Of a stretch of 64,000 bases of DNA, positions 8,898 to 17,583 are shown piece after piece. The stretch's first letter is position 1. Each line of letters begins with the position of its first letter. Position numbers and translations under genes: made by a program. Origin of the DNA: a phage; the sequence record PZ534512.1; one strand, given 5' to 3'. Under the pieces are notes generated by a model. The model saw only the letters and a program-made list of their open reading frames with translations. It was not told the origin of the DNA and searched no databases.

Positions 8898-9440
8898 ATG
8901 AAAACATTTTTAACTGGCCCGTATCTATCCCTGATGAATGCTTTTACACACCATTCTGATGCTAGAGTAGAAGAAATTTGTAAAAACGAATATATCCCGC
9001 CATTTGAAGAATTACTTAAACAGTACTGTACACTTCGTATAGATGGTGGACGTCAATCCGGTAAATCACTTGCTGTGACTAACTTTGCTGCTAATTGGCT
9101 GTATGATGGCGGAACAGTTATTGTTCTATCTAATACTTCAGCTTACGCTAAAATTTCTGCAAATAACATTAAAAAGGAATTTTCGCGTTATTCTAATGAT
9201 GATATACGTTTTCGTTTATTTACTGATTCTGTGCGCAGTTTTATTGGTAATAGAGGTAGCAAGTTCAGAGGTTTATCGCTTTCACGAATTTTGTATATAA
9301 TTGATGAGCCTGTTAAATCTCCTGATATGGATAAAATTTACGATATTCATATTGAAACTGTGCAACACTGTTGTCGAAGCTATAATGCTGAAACAGGTGA
9401 AACAGTTCGTCCTCAATTTTTTGTGATTGGAATGCAATGA
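8898..9440 (+). CDS. P-loop NTPase-like protein (180 aa)
   Basis: Walker A GGRQSGKS, Walker B LYIIDEP; start moved to ATG with GAGAGAAAA RBS. Confidence 0.5.
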   Translation: MKTFLTGPYLSLMNAFTHHSDARVEEICKNEYIPPFEELLKQYCTLRIDGGRQSGKSLAVTNFAANWLYDGGTVIVLSNTSAYAKISANNIKKEFSRYSNDDIRFRLFTDSVRSFIGNRGSKFRGLSLSRILYIIDEPVKSPDMDKIYDIHIETVQHCCRSYNAETGETVRPQFFVIGMQ

Positions 9441-9766
9441 TGACAGACACACAGCTTTTCGAATATCTTTATTTTTCGCCAAAAACTATTAAAAATAAAT
9501 TGGTGAATCATTTTGAAATTTTGGCAAATAATAACATTTTGAGCGAATTTTATCCCAAGCAATACAAATTACAAAAAGGCGTATTCAAAGGATGCAGAGT
9601 TTTGTGCACTGCTCCTAATGCACGGCTAATGAATAAAATTCCATATTTTACCATGGAATTTATTGATGGACCTTTTAAAGGACTAATCACCCAAAGTTTA
9701 ATGGCATATGATTCTGAGCCATTTTTAATTAAAGAACAATCTTGGATAAATTTATTTTCTAATTGA
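9437..9766 (+). CDS. hypothetical protein (109 aa)
   Basis: ATGA overlap coupling. Confidence 0.5.
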   Translation: MMTDTQLFEYLYFSPKTIKNKLVNHFEILANNNILSEFYPKQYKLQKGVFKGCRVLCTAPNARLMNKIPYFTMEFIDGPFKGLITQSLMAYDSEPFLIKEQSWINLFSN

Positions 9767-9773
9767 GGTTTAT

Positions 9774-10136
9774 ATGAAAGCATATCAAATTCTTGAAGGC
9801 ACACATAAAGGTACTATTTATTTTGAAGATGGTATTCAAGCACGAATTATTGTCTCTAAAACCTTTAAAGAGGACTCTTTTGTAGACCCAGAAATTTTCT
9901 ATGGTTTGCATGCCCGTGAAATTGAAATTGAGCAACAGCCTACAGTTAAAATTGAAGGTGGTCAACACCTGAACGTTAACGTTCTGCGTCGCGAAACTTT
10001 GGAAGATGCAGTTAAGCATCCGGAAAAATATCCGCAGCTGACCATCCGTGTATCCGGTTATGCAGTTCGCTTTAACTCTCTGACTCCGGAACAGCAGCGC
10101 GACGTTATCGCTCGTACCTTTACTGAGAGTTTGTAA
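9774..10136 (+). CDS. autonomous glycyl-radical cofactor (GrcA/YfiD-like)
   Basis: C-terminal glycyl radical motif [27 protein letters not shown]; 120 aa. Confidence 0.8.
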   Translation: MKAYQILEGTHKGTIYFEDGIQARIIVSKTFKEDSFVDPEIFYGLHAREIEIEQQPTVKIEGGQHLNVNVLRRETLEDAVKHPEKYPQLTIRVSGYAVRFNSLTPEQQRDVIARTFTESL

Positions 10137-10357
10137 TGGCAAAGATAATTATTGAAGGTTCTAAAGATGTGCTAAATGCTTTCGCCGAGTGGTTTAGTAA
10201 TTCAGGCGAACAGCAATTTAATGAAGCCTGGAATATGGGTGATATTGATGGAATTTATCCTACGACAGAAATTTCTGTTCAAGGATATGGCATTCATGAA
10301 CCTATTCGTTTAGTTGAATATGATTTATGTACTGGTGAGGAAGTCAAATATGATTGA
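10136..10357 (+). CDS. hypothetical protein (73 aa)
   Basis: TAATG overlap with upstream gene. Confidence 0.45.
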   Translation: MAKIIIEGSKDVLNAFAEWFSNSGEQQFNEAWNMGDIDGIYPTTEISVQGYGIHEPIRLVEYDLCTGEEVKYD

Positions 10358-10616
10358 AGACATTAAAGGTTATAAGCCGCATACTGAAGAGAAAATCGGT
10401 AAAGTGAATGCTATTAAAGACGCTGAAGTTCGTTTAGGACTTATCTTTGACGCTTTATACGATGAATTCTGGGAAGCACTAGATAATTGTGAAGATGATG
10501 AACTCGCGAAGAATTATGCTGAAAGCCTCGATCAGTTAACTATTGCTAAAACGAAACTCAAAGAAGCCAGTATGTGGGCTTGTCGTGCAGTGTTCCAACC
10601 AGAGGAAAAATACTAA
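10350..10616 (+). CDS. Acb2-like cyclic-oligonucleotide sponge candidate (T4 vs.4 position), 88 aa
   Basis: position 4 genes upstream of regB; small helical acidic protein; AGGAAG RBS; assignment from recall. Confidence 0.45.
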   Translation: MIEDIKGYKPHTEEKIGKVNAIKDAEVRLGLIFDALYDEFWEALDNCEDDELAKNYAESLDQLTIAKTKLKEASMWACRAVFQPEEKY

Positions 10617-10894
10617 TGGCTCAATTAAGTGCAGGGTTTGGTTATGAGTATTATACTGCACCTCGTCGTGTATCTGCCGCTCCTAAGAAAATTCAAAGTC
10701 TTGATGACTTCCAGGAAGTAGTCCGTAAAGCTTTTCAGGACTATGCACGCTATCTTAAAGAAGATTCGCAGGACTGTCTCGAAGAAGATGAAATTGCTTA
10801 CTATGAGCAGCGTCTTGAACAGCTTAAAAACTTACATGAGGTTCGTGCAGAAGTTTCAAAGTCTATGAATAAATTGATTAGATTTAAAGAATAA
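10616..10894 (+). CDS. hypothetical protein (92 aa)
   Basis: TAATG coupling to upstream gene. Confidence 0.45.
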   Translation: MAQLSAGFGYEYYTAPRRVSAAPKKIQSLDDFQEVVRKAFQDYARYLKEDSQDCLEEDEIAYYEQRLEQLKNLHEVRAEVSKSMNKLIRFKE

Positions 10895-10896
10895 CT

Positions 10897-10926
10897 GTTT
10901 ACTTTTCCTCTTGACTGTGGTATAAT
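10897..10926 (+). promoter_or_regulatory. T4-type early promoter
   Basis: GTTTAC-N18-TATAAT. Confidence 0.65.
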
Positions 10927-10953
10927 TTTTCTATCAGTTAAGAGGAGAATAAC

Positions 10954-11415
10954 ATGACTATCAACACTGAAGTTTTTATCCGTCGAAATAAGCTTCGTCG
11001 TCACTTTGAGTCGGAGTTTCGTCAAATTAACAATGAGATTCGTGAGGCATCAAAAGCAGCAGGGGTCTCATCGTTTCATCTAAAATATTCTCAGCATCTT
11101 CTTGATCGTGCAATTCAACGGGAGATTGATGAGACATATGTTTTTGAATTATTCCATAAAATAAAAGATCATGTTTTAGAAGTTAATGAATTCCTGAGTA
11201 TGCCTCCGCGTCCTGACATTGACGAGGATTTTATTGATGGGGTTGAATATCGTCCTGGACGTTTAGAAATCACAGATGGAAATCTTTGGCTTGGATTTAC
11301 AGTTTGTAAGCCTAATGAGAAGTTCAAAAACCCGTCACTTCAATGCAGGATGGCAATTATCAACAGTCGTCGTTTACCAGGAAAGGCTTCTAAAGCAGTA
11401 ATTAAAACTCAATGA
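10954..11415 (+). CDS. regB: RegB site-specific endoribonuclease
   Basis: 153 aa; matches T4 RegB as I recall it. Confidence 0.85.
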   Translation: MTINTEVFIRRNKLRRHFESEFRQINNEIREASKAAGVSSFHLKYSQHLLDRAIQREIDETYVFELFHKIKDHVLEVNEFLSMPPRPDIDEDFIDGVEYRPGRLEITDGNLWLGFTVCKPNEKFKNPSLQCRMAIINSRRLPGKASKAVIKTQ

Positions 11416-11422
11416 GGTAAAC

Positions 11423-11968
11423 ATGAGAAAAGCACTACTCGCTGGTCTATTGGCCATTTCAATGATGGCACATAGCTCCGAGCATACTTTCAGTAATGTC
11501 CAACTCGATAACATGCGTTACGCGTATCAATTCGGGGAACAATTTTCTAAGGATGGAAAATATAAAACACACAAAAATATCCACAAGAGCGGATTAGGTC
11601 ATATAATGGCTGCCATTTTATGGCAAGAAAGCTCTGGCGGAGTTAATTTAAAATCTAAACCAAAGCATCACGCCTACGGAATGTTCCAAAATTATTTGCC
11701 TACTATGCGAGCAAGAGTTAAGGAACTTGGTTATAATATGACCGATGCTGAAATAAAAAGAATGTTGAATAAACGGTCCAATTCAGCTTCCTGGGCGTAC
11801 ATTGAACTTTCTTATTGGTTAAATATACATAAGGGCGATATAAGAAAAGCAATATCCTCTTATAATTCGGGATGGAATGTTAAAGCAGGTTCTAAATATG
11901 CTTCTGAAGTCCTAGAAAAGGCTAATTACCTTAAAAATAATAAACTTTTGGAAATAGTAAATGACTAA
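11423..11968 (+). CDS. secreted lytic-transglycosylase-like protein (T4 vs.1 position)
   Basis: signal peptide; SLT-like motif LWQESSGG...AYGMFQ. Confidence 0.55.
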   Translation: MRKALLAGLLAISMMAHSSEHTFSNVQLDNMRYAYQFGEQFSKDGKYKTHKNIHKSGLGHIMAAILWQESSGGVNLKSKPKHHAYGMFQNYLPTMRARVKELGYNMTDAEIKRMLNKRSNSASWAYIELSYWLNIHKGDIRKAISSYNSGWNVKAGSKYASEVLEKANYLKNNKLLEIVND

Positions 11969-12302
11969 AATTTTGGTTTTATGTATAGGATTAATTTCAT
12001 TTTCTGCGTTAGCAGATACATCATATACTGAAATTAGAGAGTATGTAAACCGTACTGCAGCGGATTATTGCGGGAAAAATAAAGCATGCCAAGCTGAATT
12101 TGCGCAGAAATTAATATATGCATATAAAGACGGAGAAAGAGATAAATCAAGCAGATACAAAAATGATACATTGTTAAAACGATATGCTAAAAAGTGGAAT
12201 ACCTTAGAATGTTCAGTTGCGGAGGAGAAAGATAAAGCCGCTTGTCATTCAATGGTTGACCGTTTGGTAGATTCTTATAATCGAGGATTGAGTACTAGAT
12301 GA
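11961..12302 (+). CDS. exported small protein at T4 vs position (113 aa)
   Basis: signal peptide MTKILVLCIGLISFSALA; positional assignment only. Confidence 0.4.
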   Translation: MTKILVLCIGLISFSALADTSYTEIREYVNRTAADYCGKNKACQAEFAQKLIYAYKDGERDKSSRYKNDTLLKRYAKKWNTLECSVAEEKDKAACHSMVDRLVDSYNRGLSTR

Positions 12303-12778
12303 TTGTAAAATATATCAAGGGCGATATTGTCGCCCTCTTTCTTGAAGGTAATATTATTGCGCACGGGTGCAATTGTTTTCATACAATGGGCAGTGGTGTA
12401 GCTGGTCAATTAGCAAGAGCCTATCCCAAAATTTTAGAAATAGATAAGACCACAACTGAATATGGTTCGCGTGAAAAACTCGGTGATATGTCTATTGTTT
12501 TTAAACATAAACCTAATGGTTTTGGCATATGTTATAACTTGTATACGCAATACGAACCAGGTCCTAATCTTGATTATGGTGCTTTAGTAAACTGCATGAT
12601 AGAATTAAATCTACAGGCAGAAACCCTTTTGTTTAAACCGGTAATTTACATTCCACGCATAGGTTGTGGTATTGCTGGCGGCGATTGGGATAAGGTTTCT
12701 AAATTAATCGACATGTTTACTCCTGATATTGATTTAATAGTGGTGGATTATGAAAGTGCATTACCCGCATCCGTTTGA
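12299..12778 (+). CDS. macrodomain (ADP-ribose binding/hydrolase-like) protein
   Basis: IKGDIV...AHGCNCFHTMGSGVAGQ and IPRIGCGIAGGDW motifs typical of Macro domains. Confidence 0.6.
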   Translation: MIVKYIKGDIVALFLEGNIIAHGCNCFHTMGSGVAGQLARAYPKILEIDKTTTEYGSREKLGDMSIVFKHKPNGFGICYNLYTQYEPGPNLDYGALVNCMIELNLQAETLLFKPVIYIPRIGCGIAGGDWDKVSKLIDMFTPDIDLIVVDYESALPASV

Positions 12779-12962
12779 TCCTAAAAACAAAGCAGTAATT
12801 ATTCGTCAATGGGAACGCATTTGCCGTACTAAATGTCCAATTAATAGTCCACATGATGTAGATAAAGACTACATTGGAACATTCGTTGAATATACCTTTA
12901 TTGATAAGAAAGGTCGTAAACAACATGTAGAAGAATATTGCTTAAAGGTTACATGGTTATGA
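12750..12962 (+). CDS. hypothetical protein (70 aa)
   Basis: ORF track; overlaps upstream gene end. Confidence 0.4.
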   Translation: MKVHYPHPFDPKNKAVIIRQWERICRTKCPINSPHDVDKDYIGTFVEYTFIDKKGRKQHVEEYCLKVTWL

Positions 12963-13165
12963 GCCAAACTAGTATTCTTAAAAATGCCCACTGTGAAAAG
13001 TGTAAGTGGCCTGTTGTTTTTGCTTTATGTAATGATGAAATGGCTTGTGATTTCGATTATTGGTGCTATTGTTCTAATAAAGGATGCATCAATCATAAAG
13101 GTGAAGGATTTTATTCGGGATTTTATCCTTATCCTGATTTCGTTAAAGAAGGTAAACCAAAATGA
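12938..13165 (+). CDS. Cys-rich zinc-binding small protein (75 aa)
   Basis: CEKCK...CNDEMAC...CYCSNKGC cysteine clusters. Confidence 0.45.
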   Translation: MLKGYMVMSQTSILKNAHCEKCKWPVVFALCNDEMACDFDYWCYCSNKGCINHKGEGFYSGFYPYPDFVKEGKPK

Positions 13166-13338
13166 ATGATGATTTAAAATATCAATTATTACGTGAACTT
13201 GATGTTTTGATTGAACTTTCTGCACAAAAAGGATTTATAATTGGATCGGGTCAAAAAGACCCCAACGGTCATTCAATCGTAGCGGTTATGAATCAGAAAC
13301 GAGTCATTTTAAAACTTTTGGGGATTGACATACTGTGA
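13162..13338 (+). CDS. small hypothetical protein (58 aa)
   Basis: ATGA overlap with upstream stop; below ORF-track cutoff. Confidence 0.35.
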   Translation: MNDDLKYQLLRELDVLIELSAQKGFIIGSGQKDPNGHSIVAVMNQKRVILKLLGIDIL

Positions 13339-13520
13339 GCCTAAGCAAAGAACAAAAAGATAAATTGTTTGAGCTTATCCATGAACTTCTAGATGAGCAT
13401 GCAGAAGCAAACACCTTTTATGATGAATACGGCCCGCTATCTCCCGAACAGCAGGAAGAATTTGCTGATCGGTTTGATAAGAAAGAAAATGAATTAATAG
13501 CTTATGTGAATACGCTTTAA
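13335..13520 (+). CDS. acidic hypothetical protein (61 aa)
   Basis: GTG start overlapping upstream stop. Confidence 0.4.
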   Translation: MSLSKEQKDKLFELIHELLDEHAEANTFYDEYGPLSPEQQEEFADRFDKKENELIAYVNTL

Positions 13521-13529
13521 GAAGGTGAT

Positions 13530-14111
13530 ATGGCGAGTTTAATTTTTACTTATGCAGCAATGAATGCTGGAAAATCTGCTTCTCTTTTGACTGCTGCACA
13601 TAATTATAAAGAACGTGGAATGAGTGTATTAGTTCTTAAGCCTGCTATTGATACTCGCGATTCTGTCTGTGAAGTTGTTTCTCGCATTGGAATTAAACAG
13701 GAAGCGAATATTATTACAGATGATATGGATATTTTCGAGTTCTATAAATGGGCTGAAGCACAAAAAGATATTCATTGCGTATTTGTAGATGAAGCCCAAT
13801 TTTTAAAAACTGAACAGGTGCATCAATTAAGCCGAATTGTTGATACATATAATGTTCCTGTTATGGCTTATGGATTAAGGACTGATTTCGCTGGAAAATT
13901 ATTTGAAGGTTCTAAAGAACTTTTGGCGATTGCAGATAAACTTATTGAACTAAAAGCAGTTTGTCACTGTGGTAAAAAAGCGATTATGACAGCTCGATTA
14001 ATGGAAGATGGAACACCAGTTAAAGAAGGTAATCAAATCTGTATTGGTGATGAAATTTATGTTTCTTTGTGTAGAAAACATTGGAATGAATTAACTAAAA
14101 AGCTCGGTTAA
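13530..14111 (+). CDS. tk: thymidine kinase
   Basis: 193 aa; MASLIFTYAAMNAGKS P-loop; Zn ribbon CHCGKKA; matches T4 Tk. Confidence 0.95.
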   Translation: MASLIFTYAAMNAGKSASLLTAAHNYKERGMSVLVLKPAIDTRDSVCEVVSRIGIKQEANIITDDMDIFEFYKWAEAQKDIHCVFVDEAQFLKTEQVHQLSRIVDTYNVPVMAYGLRTDFAGKLFEGSKELLAIADKLIELKAVCHCGKKAIMTARLMEDGTPVKEGNQICIGDEIYVSLCRKHWNELTKKLG

Positions 14112-14120
14112 TGCAAAAGT

Positions 14121-14128
14121 TATAAATA
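14121..14128 (+). promoter_or_regulatory. T4 late promoter TATAAATA
   Basis: exact motif about 25 nt upstream of ATG 14154. Confidence 0.5.
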
Positions 14129-14153
14129 GGTTTATCTAACTAAAGGGGTATAT

Positions 14154-14366
14154 ATGCTACAATTAACTGAAAAGCAACTTCGCAATCTTACTGTTCTTCA
14201 ATTAGATGAAATTCGTAGGGAAGTTGGAAATATCATTTCAGCTTTGCGTCGAGAAGTATCACTCAACCAATCTCCGGCAGACTATACTAGATTGCGAAAT
14301 TTTGAAAAATACCTTGATAAAGTTAAGGCCGTGCATCGGCATAAAGTAAATACAGGACAAAAATGA
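14154..14366 (+). CDS. hypothetical protein (70 aa), T4 rI.-1 position
   Basis: AAAGGGG RBS; positional. Confidence 0.5.
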
Positions 14367-14378
14367 TAGGAGGCCTTT

Positions 14379-14672
14379 ATGGCCTTAAAAGCAACGGCAC
14401 TATTTGCCATGCTAGGATTAGCGTTTGCTTTATCTCCACCAATTGAAGCGAATGTCGATCCTCATTTTGATAAATTTATGGAATCTGGTATTAGACACGT
14501 TTATATGCTTTTTGAAAATAAAAGCGTAGAATCATCTGAACAGTTCTATAGTTTTATGCGAACGACCTATAAAAATGACCCGTGCTCTTCCGATTTTGAA
14601 TGTATAGAACGAGGCGCGGAGATGGCACAATCATACGCTAGAATTATGAACATTAAATTGGAGACTGAATGA
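14379..14672 (+). CDS. rI: lysis-inhibition regulator rI (periplasmic)
   Basis: 97 aa with signal-anchor N-terminus; adjacent to tk as in T4. Confidence 0.8.
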   Translation: MALKATALFAMLGLAFALSPPIEANVDPHFDKFMESGIRHVYMLFENKSVESSEQFYSFMRTTYKNDPCSSDFECIERGAEMAQSYARIMNIKLETE

Positions 14673-15055
14673 AATTCAGCGACTTTTCACAAAGTGGAAA
14701 ACCTTCAAAGGCAGATGAATACTTAGGTTTATTAATGGCTGCACAAGCTTATTTTCATTCTGCGCATTTTGAAACTAAAAGTTATGCTAGACACAAAGCA
14801 TACGATTTTATTTTCTCTGAGTTACCAGATTTGATTGATAAATTTGGTGAGCAATATTTGGGGTATTCTGGTAGAAAATACACGCCGTCAATTCCGGATG
14901 CCAGTAAACTTCCTACCGACACAATTAAAATGATTGATCGCATACTAGACCAATCTAACGGCATTTACAAAGAAATGCCTCCAGCCATTCAAAGCACGAT
15001 AGATGATATTACTGGAATGTTTTACCGGAGTAAGTATCTTCTTTCCCTCGAATAA
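14669..15055 (+). CDS. hypothetical protein (128 aa), T4 rI.1 position
   Basis: ATGA overlap with rI. Confidence 0.55.
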   Translation: MKFSDFSQSGKPSKADEYLGLLMAAQAYFHSAHFETKSYARHKAYDFIFSELPDLIDKFGEQYLGYSGRKYTPSIPDASKLPTDTIKMIDRILDQSNGIYKEMPPAIQSTIDDITGMFYRSKYLLSLE

Positions 15056-15058
15056 CAT

Positions 15059-15084
15059 TAGTCTCCTTCGGGAGACTTTTTTCA
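15059..15084 (+). terminator. UUCG-loop hairpin terminator
   Basis: agtctcc-ttcg-ggagact then tttttt. Confidence 0.7.
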
Positions 15085-15092
15085 TTTTACCG

Positions 15093-15122
15093 GTTTACTT
15101 TTCATTTGAGCTGTGATACTAT
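15093..15122 (+). promoter_or_regulatory. T4-type early promoter with conserved leader
   Basis: GTTTAC-N18-TACTAT then acaactatc. Confidence 0.65.
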
Positions 15123-15150
15123 ACAACTATCGGATAAAGAGGAGAACATC

Positions 15151-15339
15151 ATGAAAATTGAAGCACTCAATCAAAAAGGAAATATCTACGTCATCATTAA
15201 TGGTGATTTTTTCGTCGACATGGATGAAGTTACTAGTGAAGAACTTGTAGAACTTCTTAAGAAACGTTATAATATGTGTGATGAAGTTGCAACTCACATG
15301 GCGTGTGCAATATTCTCTCTTTCATATGTGGTGGAATAA
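15151..15339 (+). CDS. hypothetical protein (62 aa)
   Basis: GAGGAGAA RBS; ORF-track N-terminal extension runs through the promoter. Confidence 0.5.
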   Translation: MKIEALNQKGNIYVIINGDFFVDMDEVTSEELVELLKKRYNMCDEVATHMACAIFSLSYVVE

Positions 15340-15521
15340 TGATTAGTATCGAACAAGCGGATAAAATTAAGGAATTGGTAGCTTTAATTCGCAAAGCAGA
15401 TGAGGAACGCATTAACTTTGCCTTATCAGGTATTGAAGAACTTGAAGCTAAAGTTGATAATGCTTTAGAAGCGTTAGATATGTTTCTTGATGAAATTATC
15501 GATCACAATACGAGAATTTAA
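15339..15521 (+). CDS. hypothetical protein (60 aa)
   Basis: TAATG coupling; GGTGGAA RBS. Confidence 0.45.
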   Translation: MISIEQADKIKELVALIRKADEERINFALSGIEELEAKVDNALEALDMFLDEIIDHNTRI

Positions 15522-15523
15522 GT

Positions 15524-15718
15524 ATGCTGACACACGAACAGTTTGAAAAAATCATTAAATTAACACGTGATGTTGAAATAGATTCATATCAATTAGCAGT
15601 TGAGCACTGTGAAGGATATTCATACGAAGGTATAGCAGCAGCTAAAAAGGATTTGGATAAATCTAAAGCTAAGTTAGTTCAATATCTTGAAATGATTAGG
15701 TGGAATAATGAAAACTGA
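15524..15718 (+). CDS. hypothetical protein (64 aa)
   Basis: ORF track; tightly packed. Confidence 0.45.
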   Translation: MLTHEQFEKIIKLTRDVEIDSYQLAVEHCEGYSYEGIAAAKKDLDKSKAKLVQYLEMIRWNNEN

Positions 15719-15881
15719 AAAGCAGATGTTTTTAATGAAGCTAATTGAAGAATATGCTAATGCAGTTTCTGACTATGAGCATTCTGCTCGGGAAAGAGGT
15801 ACAGCTTTCGCCAAAGAAGAAATGAAAATCATGGTTGATGCTCACACAAAGCTTCAGAATTTTATTGAAAACGTCATTTAA
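15708..15881 (+). CDS. small hypothetical protein (57 aa)
   Basis: ATG overlapping upstream gene end; below ORF-track cutoff. Confidence 0.35.
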   Translation: MKTEKQMFLMKLIEEYANAVSDYEHSARERGTAFAKEEMKIMVDAHTKLQNFIENVI

Positions 15882-15883
15882 TG

Positions 15884-15913
15884 GTTTACAAGTTGGCAAG
15901 GTTATGGTATAGT
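15884..15913 (+). promoter_or_regulatory. T4-type early promoter
   Basis: GTTTAC-N18-TATAGT. Confidence 0.65.
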
Positions 15914-15941
15914 AATCTTGTCAACTGCCAAGGAGAAGAGA

Positions 15942-16046
15942 ATGAAAATTTTGTTTGTTGTGTATGTGGTGATTCAATATAATTACCCAATGTTTACCTA
16001 TAATCTGGTGAACAATATTATTGATATGATTCAAAGGAGTATGTAA
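15942..16046 (+). CDS. 34-aa hydrophobic micro-ORF coupled to downstream gene
   Basis: AGGAGAAGAG RBS then ATG; stop overlaps next start (TAATG). Confidence 0.35.
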   Translation: MKILFVVYVVIQYNYPMFTYNLVNNIIDMIQRSM

Positions 16047-16591
16047 TGATGAGCGAGGCGAAACGATTAGTATTAGAAGTTAGTTCACTTTTTGGTGAAT
16101 TGGCTATAGAAAAAGTAAATAATATGTATCGTTTGACACAAGAAGACGATATGCTATATTTTACGCCTAGTGAAATCATTCATTTAATCCAAATTGAAAA
16201 TCCTTATACTGATAAAATTGTAAGCATTAATGATGAGCATAAAATTCATTTTTATTCTTCATGCCCAGGATTTAATATTGAAAGCGAGTCAATATGCTTA
16301 TCAGTTATCCATTGGGATAGTTTTATAGATAAGATTAAATATTTTTATTATTCTAATGAAAGAAAACATAGTTTAAAATGGTTTAAAAATTGCAATGCTA
16401 TTATTACTAACGCTTGCAATCAGAATGATGAAACTGTTTTAAACGTATCAAAATGTTATGAAGATGGAGATGTCTTAACTATTCGTCAAATTGATGATTT
16501 TCGAGCACATATTGTCACATTTACCAAAGACGAAGCTATTGCGCTAAAGACTTATCTTGATTCTGTCATTCCAACTATGATTTCAAAGTGA
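16046..16591 (+). CDS. hypothetical protein (181 aa), paralog A
   Basis: shares PGFNIESE and C-terminal KTYLDSVIPTM motifs with next ORF. Confidence 0.55.
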   Translation: MMSEAKRLVLEVSSLFGELAIEKVNNMYRLTQEDDMLYFTPSEIIHLIQIENPYTDKIVSINDEHKIHFYSSCPGFNIESESICLSVIHWDSFIDKIKYFYYSNERKHSLKWFKNCNAIITNACNQNDETVLNVSKCYEDGDVLTIRQIDDFRAHIVTFTKDEAIALKTYLDSVIPTMISK

Positions 16592-16597
16592 GGAAAT

Positions 16598-17119
16598 ATG
16601 TTTATTTCAAGTGAAAGTGGTTTAATTCGTGTTGAATTTAAAAATGACATCTTTCTTATTCAAGGAGATGATACTATTAAAATGAGTTATGACGAAATCA
16701 AGAAAATTTGTCACATTCTTGGAAGTCGTGGAAAAGTAAATGCTGTTATTGACATCGGTGATTTATGGGTAACTCTTTATGAAGTATCCGAAGGATTTAA
16801 CATTGAAGATGAAAACAACATCTTAGCTATTGATAAAAGAAGCGATTTGTTTGATGTGTTAAAAGTTTATGAACAGTCAAACGGTGGAAGAAAAGCTGCA
16901 TTGATTTATCAAAAACCACATTCATGCGGAACTGCTTCAATTATTTCAGATATTGAAGATGAAACTGATACTTATATGTGTGTTTTAAAAGCTGGTGGTG
17001 ACCGTCATCCGGATTTTATTTCTATTCGTCAAAACAATGGAGAAATTTCATTATCAAAATCAGAAGCTGAAGCTATGATTAAGTATTTAACAACTGTTAC
17101 ACCTTCAATGAAAGGATAA
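16598..17119 (+). CDS. hypothetical protein (173 aa), paralog B
   Basis: EGFNIEDE and C-terminal IKYLTTVTPSM motifs. Confidence 0.55.
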   Translation: MFISSESGLIRVEFKNDIFLIQGDDTIKMSYDEIKKICHILGSRGKVNAVIDIGDLWVTLYEVSEGFNIEDENNILAIDKRSDLFDVLKVYEQSNGGRKAALIYQKPHSCGTASIISDIEDETDTYMCVLKAGGDRHPDFISIRQNNGEISLSKSEAEAMIKYLTTVTPSMKG

Positions 17120-17121
17120 TT

Positions 17122-17583
17122 ATGATTATTAATGAAAACTCTTGGCACTATAAATTATTCAAACTGTTTAACGACGAATGGAAACGACCTAAGACACTGT
17201 GTGCATACTTTTGGTCTATTGTTATCCCTACATTTTTCGTTTCTTTTTTCGGATGTACTATACTCGCAGGTCTAACTATTATCTGTGCAGAAATCATGCA
17301 GAAATGGCTTATTTTTGGTAGTTTATGGACTCTTATTCCATCAGCATTTATACTTGCCATTTTGCTTGTTTTACTTATTATTGGTTCATTTGTTATTCCT
17401 GCACAACTGCATGAAAAATATAAAGATTATAAATGGAAAAAGGATTATGCTTTACATGTAGAAAATATTGATAGGGCGTATAAAGGTTTACCTCCTATTC
17501 AACCCAAGAAATCTATTATCGTCGAATTTTTAAAAGCACGTAAAGCTAAAGTATGTCCTGTTATTGAATATAAGGCTGAATGA
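17122..17583 (+). CDS. multi-TM membrane protein (153 aa)
   Basis: three hydrophobic helices; AAAGGA RBS. Confidence 0.55.
   Translation: MIINENSWHYKLFKLFNDEWKRPKTLCAYFWSIVIPTFFVSFFGCTILAGLTIICAEIMQKWLIFGSLWTLIPSAFILAILLVLLIIGSFVIPAQLHEKYKDYKWKKDYALHVENIDRAYKGLPPIQPKKSIIVEFLKARKAKVCPVIEYKAE

Noticed and set aside
9774-9800. GrcA-like N-terminus MKAYQILE as a capsid-targeting sequence
   Set aside because: Only M-K-x-Y-Q matches; the F-I-x-E core of the CTS is missing, so this is probably coincidence.
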